13,631 bases of DNA from Coprothermobacterota bacterium (lineage in GTDB: Bacteria > Coprothermobacterota > HKB111), in NCBI GenBank assembly GCA_037440465.1, contig JBBIUB010000022.1:1-13631 (forward strand). Reading direction: 5' to 3'. Below the pieces are notes generated by a model. The model ran no database searches and was not told where the DNA came from. It worked only from the letters and a program-made list of their open reading frames with translations. How positions within the stretch are numbered: position 1 is the first letter of the stretch; each line of letters starts with the position of its first letter. A program made the translations under genes and the position numbers. Below are positions 7,667 to 13,631 of the stretch, piece by piece.

Positions 7667-8514
7667 GCATCTTTAAGCCGTTTTTTGGATATATGAGTGT
7701 ATATTTGTGTAGTAGAAAGACTTTTATGTCCCAGGAGCTCCTGTACATATCTTATATCCACCCCATGTTCCATTAAATGAGTAGCAAACGAATGCCTCAG
7801 GGCATGGGGGTTTATTTTTTTACCCAATAATTGTCCTGTTAACTTATTTGTTAAAAGATGTATATATCGACTACTCAATGGTAATCCCTTGAGGTTTAGA
7901 AAAAGATGGGAAGAGCAAGGATTGAACTCATTTCTATATTCAGTAATAAATGTTTTTAAAAGTGGTATAAATGGTGGTGGAAAATAAGATTTTCTCTCTT
8001 TATTCCCTTTCCCAATTATTCTGACGGTTCCTTCCTCGAGGTCGAGATCTTCAATAGTAAGAGTCACTACTTCACTTACTCTAAGACCAGAACCATACAT
8101 AAAAGCTAGGATAAGGTAATCTCTTAAAGCAGATGGTTCTGAGGGTGTTTGTTTGAAAAGAATAACAGCCTCATCTTCAACGAGATGTATAGGTAAATTT
8201 CTTGGCAACTTAGGTGAAGATAGCCATATAAAAGGATCTTCTTTAATTTGATTTCTTGATTTTAGAAATCGAAGAAATGACTTAAGAGAAGAGATTTTTC
8301 TAGTTATGGTTTTCTTTTCCAACCCTTCAATATTTTTAAGCCATTTAAGAAAATCGGAGTGAGTTAGGTTAGTAATAGCAATTTTGTCTTTTCCAAGGAA
8401 AGTTAAGATATTTTCAATATCAATTCTATAAGCTTTTAGGGTATGCAGAGAATACCCTCTTATCTCAAGATATCCTAAAAAATTTTGAAGGTTTATTTTA
8501 TCCGCACTGAGCAA
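7642..8514 (-). CDS. XerC/XerD-family tyrosine recombinase
   Basis: Motifs GLRVSE, GKGNKER, HALRHSFATH, LLGH and TQIYTH give a complete catalytic set; N-terminal SAM-like domain; 290 aa. Confidence 0.92.
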   Translation of the reverse strand: MLSADKINLQNFLGYLEIRGYSLHTLKAYRIDIENILTFLGKDKIAITNLTHSDFLKWLKNIEGLEKKTITRKISSLKSFLRFLKSRNQIKEDPFIWLSSPKLPRNLPIHLVEDEAVILFKQTPSEPSALRDYLILAFMYGSGLRVSEVVTLTIEDLDLEEGTVRIIGKGNKERKSYFPPPFIPLLKTFITEYRNEFNPCSSHLFLNLKGLPLSSRYIHLLTNKLTGQLLGKKINPHALRHSFATHLMEHGVDIRYVQELLGHKSLSTTQIYTHISKKRLKDAYSKALEK

Positions 8515-9070
8515 GCTTAATAAGGCCTTCGTATAAAATAACCATTAGAAGATTTTCTACGGCCTCTACTTTTAACATGGCTTCTTCTAAATCTTGACCC
8601 CAGGTTATTATTCCATGATTTTTTAAAATGATAATGGTGCTTTTTAAGCTGGCTTCGCCTACTGCCTGGGCAAGTTCATTAGAACCTGTTTGGAAGTATG
8701 GTATTAAAACTGCTGGTTCCAGGAAATGTGAGGCTTCTGATGGTCCCAGATCTGGGAATTTATCACCCCTGCTCATTGCCAGTGTTAGTGGGGGGTGTGC
8801 ATGGATTACAGCTTTAGCCTGTCTATTTAGGTTGTATATACTGACATGGGTTTTGTATTCGGAAGATGGTTCGCCCCAAACGATAGCTCCATCCATAGTT
8901 AGGGCAGCAATATCTTTAGGGTGAATAGTTGCCTTATCTCTTTTCGTGGGAGTAATATAAATATGACCACTTTCGCAAAAACTCACATTGCCGGAACCGC
9001 CCCACACAAACCCCATACGGTGAAGAAGTTCACAGGTTTTTACTATCTGTTCACCTATTAAGAGCTTCAT
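8498..9070 (-). CDS. Class II aldolase/adducin family protein (fuculose-phosphate aldolase-like)
   Basis: Motifs GNVS, ITPT, PSSE..H, HAHP and LKNHG. Confidence 0.9.
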   Translation of the reverse strand: MKLLIGEQIVKTCELLHRMGFVWGGSGNVSFCESGHIYITPTKRDKATIHPKDIAALTMDGAIVWGEPSSEYKTHVSIYNLNRQAKAVIHAHPPLTLAMSRGDKFPDLGPSEASHFLEPAVLIPYFQTGSNELAQAVGEASLKSTIIILKNHGIITWGQDLEEAMLKVEAVENLLMVILYEGLIKLAQCG

Positions 9071-9121
9071 GTTATTTACAGATTTTTACTCCTTTTCTCA
9101 AAATTACAGATTCCTGCTTTA

Positions 9122-9130
9122 ATTATATCA
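9122..9130 (-). promoter_or_regulatory. Possible extended -10 promoter for the aldolase-xer operon
   Basis: The minus strand reads TGATATAAT (TGnTATAAT). It is part of an AATTATATC direct repeat at 9121-9129 and 9133-9141. Confidence 0.4.
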
Positions 9131-9169
9131 GTAATTATATCTGGCTCATATTTAATATTCTAAATCGAA

Positions 9170-9282
9170 AGGGTTCAAGGGGTCCAGAGGTCAAGGATTC
9201 CAGTGAAATGCTAAAGAACTACAAAGGATTCAAGGAGTCAAAGAGTTGTTTTTTAAGGTTTTCACTTGAACCCTCAAACCCT
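9170..9282. repeat. Inverted 8-mer tandem-array element; probable remnant of a four-helix-bundle gene cassette
   Basis: Left arm AGGGTTCA AGGGGTCC AGAGGTCA AGGATTCC AGTGAA, then ATG (9208) starting MLKNYK. The reverse complement of the right arm (9261-9282) is AGGGTTTG AGGGTTCA AGTGAA. Confidence 0.7.
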
Positions 9283-9292
9283 ACTTAATAAG

Positions 9293-10528
9293 TCAATGTA
9301 GATTAAATAACAGATAAGATAAAAGTAAAATAGGCAATGAGCTCATCAATAAAGGTCTATAGATATAAAGTAAATTTGCTTTAAAGTAATCCTTAGTCAG
9401 AATTAAACATAGGTGTACAGGGGAGAGCATGACACCCATAAAACCAGCCAGGTAAGCAGTCGAAAACCAGGGGAGTGGATTTAAACCTTCAGGTAGAAGG
9501 ATTTTAAGAAGAGGAAAGGTTATTCCCACGTATGCCTGAGATATTCCTGTTAGAAGCCCTGTAATAAAGGGAAGGAGAGTAAAAATTGGAAGAGGAGTCA
9601 TACCAGTTTGTCTAAAATAATTACCAATTTCACTTAATGCTCCGCTAACCTCAAGAACTTCTTTAAAAGCCAGTACTGCTCCGACAAGAAGAAGTAGTTC
9701 CACTTTAAAGGCTTCTCTAAAAATGGAAAGCGATTTTGTAAGCAAAATTCCTTCTCTTAATAAAAGACCTAAAACTACAAGAGCCAAGCTTATCATTAGA
9801 ACCTCTGTTCCGTTTTTAAAAAGAAAGATTGCTATGACAGGTATTACAATTGGAAGAGACAGATAAGAGATTTTTAAGATTTTTGTGATGGTATTACTTT
9901 CATTTCCAGTAACCTGGGGATGATTAGTATTAAAAACAGGTTTAGCTTTTTTACTAATAACAAACCAGCCTGCGATAACCATAGCTATTGTGTATGGAAT
10001 GTTTCTCTTAATAAATTGTGATAAATCTAAGGGAACCAGGTTTACAGCCAGAATTAAAGCTGGATATATGGGTAAAAAAGGCTCCCAGATATGACGGAAC
10101 CAATAATTAACATATGCCTTATCATCAGGTTTCAAAGAAGTATTTTCCAGAGCAGCAGCTGCCAGAGGAGCAGAAAATCTTGCACCACCAGCAGAAGGTA
10201 GAAAACCCAGAAGAGCAGGAAGGGAAGCACCTGATATAAGTGGGTTTTTTATCAGGTCATTAAGCCTTGACGTAATCTCCTTTAACCCCCCAGTGTTTCT
10301 AAGGATAGCTTCCAGTATAGCTATTAAGTACAAAGTTAAAAGCAAGGTCAGTGCACGATAGCTGGTTGCACCTTTAATAATTGTCTCAATTGTGTGAGTC
10401 AATGAGAGGTTAAAAACCAAACCTACCGTAAAAGCTGCCCCGAATATTATCCAGGTTAAAGCTATTTTGGTCCTTTGAAATAGTATTAACGCTATAAATA
10501 TTAGTCCTATCTTAATCAAGGCAGTCAT
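9293..10528 (-). CDS. DUF401-like multi-pass membrane protein (ion transporter superfamily-like)
   Basis: Many TM segments; motifs GFLPSAGGARFSAP, NYWFRHIWE and SPVHLCL. Confidence 0.8.
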   Translation of the reverse strand: MTALIKIGLIFIALILFQRTKIALTWIIFGAAFTVGLVFNLSLTHTIETIIKGATSYRALTLLLTLYLIAILEAILRNTGGLKEITSRLNDLIKNPLISGASLPALLGFLPSAGGARFSAPLAAAALENTSLKPDDKAYVNYWFRHIWEPFLPIYPALILAVNLVPLDLSQFIKRNIPYTIAMVIAGWFVISKKAKPVFNTNHPQVTGNESNTITKILKISYLSLPIVIPVIAIFLFKNGTEVLMISLALVVLGLLLREGILLTKSLSIFREAFKVELLLLVGAVLAFKEVLEVSGALSEIGNYFRQTGMTPLPIFTLLPFITGLLTGISQAYVGITFPLLKILLPEGLNPLPWFSTAYLAGFMGVMLSPVHLCLILTKDYFKANLLYIYRPLLMSSLPILLLSYLLFNLH

Positions 10529-10637
10529 AGATTATTCTTTATCTCCTTATTACAGTACATAGTATACTGGATTAGGTTATCATCAATTTCTCTGTGCGGT
10601 AAAAATTATAACATTTAAAAACCTGATAATATAAGAT

Positions 10638-11435
10638 ATGCCTGAACTCCCAGAAGTAGAAACCATAAAAAGAGAACTAATTAATAGAGTAGAAGGAACA
10701 AGAATAAATGACGTTACTCTTCTTGATAGTAGGCTTTTAAGAGGAATAATAACTGAACAATATTTTCTTTGTGAAGTAAGAAATCAGAAGATTACATATA
10801 TTGATAGAAGAGGTAAATATATTCTATTTCATCTGACTAAAAGGATTCTGGGTATTCATCTTGGTATGACCGGGAGATTTGAACTATTGAACCAATGTCG
10901 TAATCATCAACATCTAAGAGCCACTATTTATCTTGATTGTGGTGTTTTACACTATTATGACGTAAGAAGATTCGGTAAATTTGCTCTTCTTAACTCAATT
11001 GATGAATTAAACCTGGGAGTAGATCCTTTAACAGACAAATTTCTTCCGGATGTACTCAAGGAAAAATTGTATTCAGGTAAAAAGATTAAAGAACTCCTTC
11101 TTGATCAAAGCAGAATTGCAGGGCTTGGTAATATATATACTGATGAAGTATTGTGGTTGAGTGAAATTTCTCCTTTAAGGAAGGGGTTTTCACTCAAGGA
11201 AGGTGAACTGGAGAGACTTTTCTTTTGGATACCGTGCTTATTAGAAGAAGCTATTAAATATGGTGGGACTACTATTAGAGATTATCTGAATCTATTACAG
11301 CAACAAGGAAATTTTAGCGAACAACTCAAAGTTTATGGCAGAGAAGGAAAAAAATGCTTTCGTTGCTTAGGTACTATAAGGCGTTTAAAGATATTTGGAA
11401 GATCAACTTATTTTTGTCCTCTATGTCAAAATTGA
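10638..11435 (+). CDS. mutM: Formamidopyrimidine-DNA glycosylase
   Basis: Motifs MPELPEVET, RRGKY, HLGMTG, DVRRFG and GLGNIY, with a C-terminal C4 zinc finger. Confidence 0.97.
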   Translation: MPELPEVETIKRELINRVEGTRINDVTLLDSRLLRGIITEQYFLCEVRNQKITYIDRRGKYILFHLTKRILGIHLGMTGRFELLNQCRNHQHLRATIYLDCGVLHYYDVRRFGKFALLNSIDELNLGVDPLTDKFLPDVLKEKLYSGKKIKELLLDQSRIAGLGNIYTDEVLWLSEISPLRKGFSLKEGELERLFFWIPCLLEEAIKYGGTTIRDYLNLLQQQGNFSEQLKVYGREGKKCFRCLGTIRRLKIFGRSTYFCPLCQN

Positions 11436-11438
11436 AAA

Positions 11439-11532
11439 GTGATGGGTGACTTGTGACGAGTGAGGATGATATTTGATTTGTAACTTGTAAATATGAATTA
11501 CCGATCACACATTACGGATCACTCATTACGGC
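11439..11532. repeat. Inverted 7-mer tandem arrays between convergent genes
   Basis: Left GTGATGG GTGACTT GTGACGA GTGAGGA, middle GTAACTT GTAAATA, right TTACCGA TCACACA TTACGGA TCACTCA TTACGGC. Confidence 0.7.
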
Positions 11533-12101
11533 TTATAGGTGACCGGCGCCTTCCGCATTGACGAGTAAAGAAAGAGAAAAATCCCCAGGAAAATAAAAAG
11601 ATCACCTATACTTACCACTCGAGAGAAAGAGCCACTTAAAGGTAGGGGAATAACATCCCCCAGGAAGGGGAAGAGGGTTTTCCCTCTTTCTATCAGGATA
11701 AAGTGAAACCAACCTTCTCCTTTCATGGCTTCTTGAACATCTTTTAATATACCTGCTATTTCCACAGCTTTTATGGAAACTGGCATCCTGCCACCATTGG
11801 AAGTTATTGCTATGAAGTTAAGGGAACTACCTAAAGCTAAAATCTTGATTCCGGTGTAATTCAGATTGGAAAAAGTGGTAATCAGTATCAAAGCTAATGA
11901 AAGAATATAAAGATGTTCACCTAACAAATATTTTTCAAGGGGACCCTCAAAAGAAAGACTAAAGCGAAGAGGAATCTGGAGAATTATTCCTGCAATAAGA
12001 AAACCTAAGTTCTTTAATTTTATACTTTCTAAGTTTTTAAGAGTTCCCTTTCCTATCCAACCAACAATAATACCAAAAATTACAGCTAATAAGATAATCA
12101 A
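11526..12101 (-). CDS. DUF5317-like membrane protein
   Basis: Multi-TM; motifs G..LN..AI..NGGRMPV and LGDVIP...SIGD. ATGA overlap with the upstream HD-GYP gene. Confidence 0.8.
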   Translation of the reverse strand: MIILLAVIFGIIVGWIGKGTLKNLESIKLKNLGFLIAGIILQIPLRFSLSFEGPLEKYLLGEHLYILSLALILITTFSNLNYTGIKILALGSSLNFIAITSNGGRMPVSIKAVEIAGILKDVQEAMKGEGWFHFILIERGKTLFPFLGDVIPLPLSGSFSRVVSIGDLFIFLGIFLFLYSSMRKAPVTYKP

Positions 12102-13342
12102 GGTATGGTTTTATTCTCTAATAATTCAATTGCCTTTAGAGAAAGAGTCGGTTCAAATTGTTCACCAGATTCCTTCTTTAACTCTGTAATTACCTGTAGT
12201 ATGGTAAGTTTCTTTCTGTATGGTCTATCTGAAAGCATAGAATCTAAAGAATCAGCTATAGCCAGTATTCTTGCTCCTTTAGGAGTAGCTTCACCAATTA
12301 AACCATTTGGGTAACCTTTTCCATCCCACCTTTCATGATGATAAAGCACTAATTTCGCTTCTTCTTTGTATTTTGAGAGGGGGTTAAGCAATTTGAACCC
12401 TTCAACCGGGTGCTCTTTCATGATAATCCAATCTTCTGTAGAAAGAGGTTCGGGTTTTTTAAGTATATCATCCGGGATGCCGATTTTTCCTAAATCATGC
12501 ACCAGAGCAGCGTTTTCTATGGATTCTTTCATACTCTTGGGAAGATCCAGAGCCTCAGCAATGGCTATGGCATAATCTCTTACCCTCTTGGAGTGAAGTC
12601 CAGTGTAAGAAGGGTCTCTTAAGTCCAAGGTGGTTGCAGCCATCTTCATGGCCACCATTGATTCTTGCTCTACCTCGTGCCCTCGTTTAAACAGTGTGAA
12701 TATGCCGTATATAAAAGGTATCATTATTGCTACCAGGACGATGTTATATTCAGAGACAACCAATCCTGCGTACCCAATTACTAAGGAAAGGAACATTCCT
12801 ATGACCTGATCTTTTTTCAAGATCTGGGAGTTTATCACATCTTTTAAAGGAAAGTCATAGGACAGAGCTATCACCAACCCTAATAAAAGGGCGTTAATAG
12901 AGAAGTATACGGAACCTCCTACAAAAGCTGGAATAAGAGTACTTATGCTATCAAAATCAGCTGTGCCACCGGTAAGCATATGGAAAACAAGGCTACAAAG
13001 GAATGCAGAGAGAGCGATGTTAGAAGCATTAAACATGCTTTTATACCAGTTTTTCTTCTTTATGATGTCAGATAAAAAAATAGCAAGAAAAGCAATCCAT
13101 ATTATAACTGATGGTTGTAGGTAAAGTGAGGAGGCAAAGATAGCTGCCTGTGACATTGTTATTTCAGTGTCCTTGCTTAAATCGACCGCTAAGAGATCCA
13201 AGATAAATACTATAATAATGAGAGAGATAATAAGATGTATGTTTTCTGGTTTTAAAAACTGATAACCAAAAATCAGCATTCCTAAAACAACGATACAGAC
13301 TATTGTTATGAAGAACCAGCCTCTAATGCTTACAGGTGTCAT
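12098..13342 (-). CDS. HD-GYP cyclic-dinucleotide phosphodiesterase with an N-terminal multi-TM sensor domain
   Basis: About 220 aa of hydrophobic N-terminus, then HSKRV, HDLGK, EHP, HHERWDGKGYP, IADSLD and RPYR, all intact. Confidence 0.92.
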   Translation of the reverse strand: MTPVSIRGWFFITIVCIVVLGMLIFGYQFLKPENIHLIISLIIIVFILDLLAVDLSKDTEITMSQAAIFASSLYLQPSVIIWIAFLAIFLSDIIKKKNWYKSMFNASNIALSAFLCSLVFHMLTGGTADFDSISTLIPAFVGGSVYFSINALLLGLVIALSYDFPLKDVINSQILKKDQVIGMFLSLVIGYAGLVVSEYNIVLVAIMIPFIYGIFTLFKRGHEVEQESMVAMKMAATTLDLRDPSYTGLHSKRVRDYAIAIAEALDLPKSMKESIENAALVHDLGKIGIPDDILKKPEPLSTEDWIIMKEHPVEGFKLLNPLSKYKEEAKLVLYHHERWDGKGYPNGLIGEATPKGARILAIADSLDSMLSDRPYRKKLTILQVITELKKESGEQFEPTLSLKAIELLENKTIP

Positions 13343-13525
13343 AAATTTATAATAACAAAACTCCTTTCTAATTTAAGGTTGTTTTTCTTATTATATAGTC
13401 AAAGAATATTAGTTATTATATCAATATAAATGAGCTTAAAAGCAAAAGAAAACCTAGGTTAATCTTCTAACCCTAAAAAAAGCTTTATTAATATTCTACC
13501 ATTTGATCCTGGTTAACAGTTATAA

Positions 13526-13606
13526 CTATTTCCACTTAAGACTGGCTAACAGGCTGAAACCCAACAGACTTACCAGGGTTATGATTCTTAAGATCCTCCA
13601 CTTCAT
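13526..13606 (-). CDS. 26-aa small hydrophobic peptide MKWRILRIITLVSLLGFSLLASLKWK (below the ORF-track cutoff)
   Basis: AGGAGGTGA (13620-13612) lies 5 nt before the ATG at 13606, with TAG at 13528-13526. The peptide has a basic N-terminus, a hydrophobic core and a KWK tail. Confidence 0.8.
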   Translation of the reverse strand: MKWRILRIITLVSLLGFSLLASLKWK

Positions 13607-13631
13607 TTTATTCACCTCCTTTTTTGTTTTT

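Noticed and set aside
7642..8514. Tyrosine recombinase as a phage or integron integrase
   Set aside because: It has Xer-like size and motifs and a housekeeping context. I see no IntI-specific insertion and no att or attC sites.
9170..11532. Short-period arrays as CRISPR
   Set aside because: The units are 7-8 nt with no spacers of CRISPR size, and there are no cas genes.
5674..12575. Short ORFs 5674-5868, 8628-8924, 12105-12314 and 12366-12575
   Set aside because: These are alternate-frame or antisense shadows of real genes.
13444..13480. Possible terminator after the small peptide gene (GGTTAG-AAGA-TTAACC followed by a U-rich run on the minus strand)
   Set aside because: The stem is weak and AT-rich, so it cannot be supported without folding or transcript data.

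Overview
AT-rich bacterial DNA, probably from an anaerobe. Most of the window is housekeeping genes: a LivJ/LivK-type binding protein, iorAB, a prepilin peptidase, a lipoprotein, an HD-containing tRNA nucleotidyltransferase, a XerC/D recombinase, a class II aldolase, a DUF401-like transporter and mutM. Two regions stand out. (1) At the right end, an unannotated 26-aa ORF with a perfect RBS (13526-13606) precedes a membrane-anchored HD-GYP phosphodiesterase. That gene is translationally coupled to a DUF5317-like membrane protein whose motifs resemble an LspA-type aspartic peptidase. Together they are a candidate peptide-signal / processing-enzyme / c-di-GMP-receptor system. (2) At the left end (1-760), a decayed excisionase-radC unit carries several tiny transposase-free insertions: two GIY-YIG nuclease cassettes bounded by short inverted repeats with a shared ACCCCG end, and a 26-bp palindrome flanked by a 6-bp direct repeat. 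Two further gene-less elements built from inverted 7-mer or 8-mer tandem arrays lie at 9170-9282 and 11439-11532. All family assignments are by motif recognition only; no searches were run.
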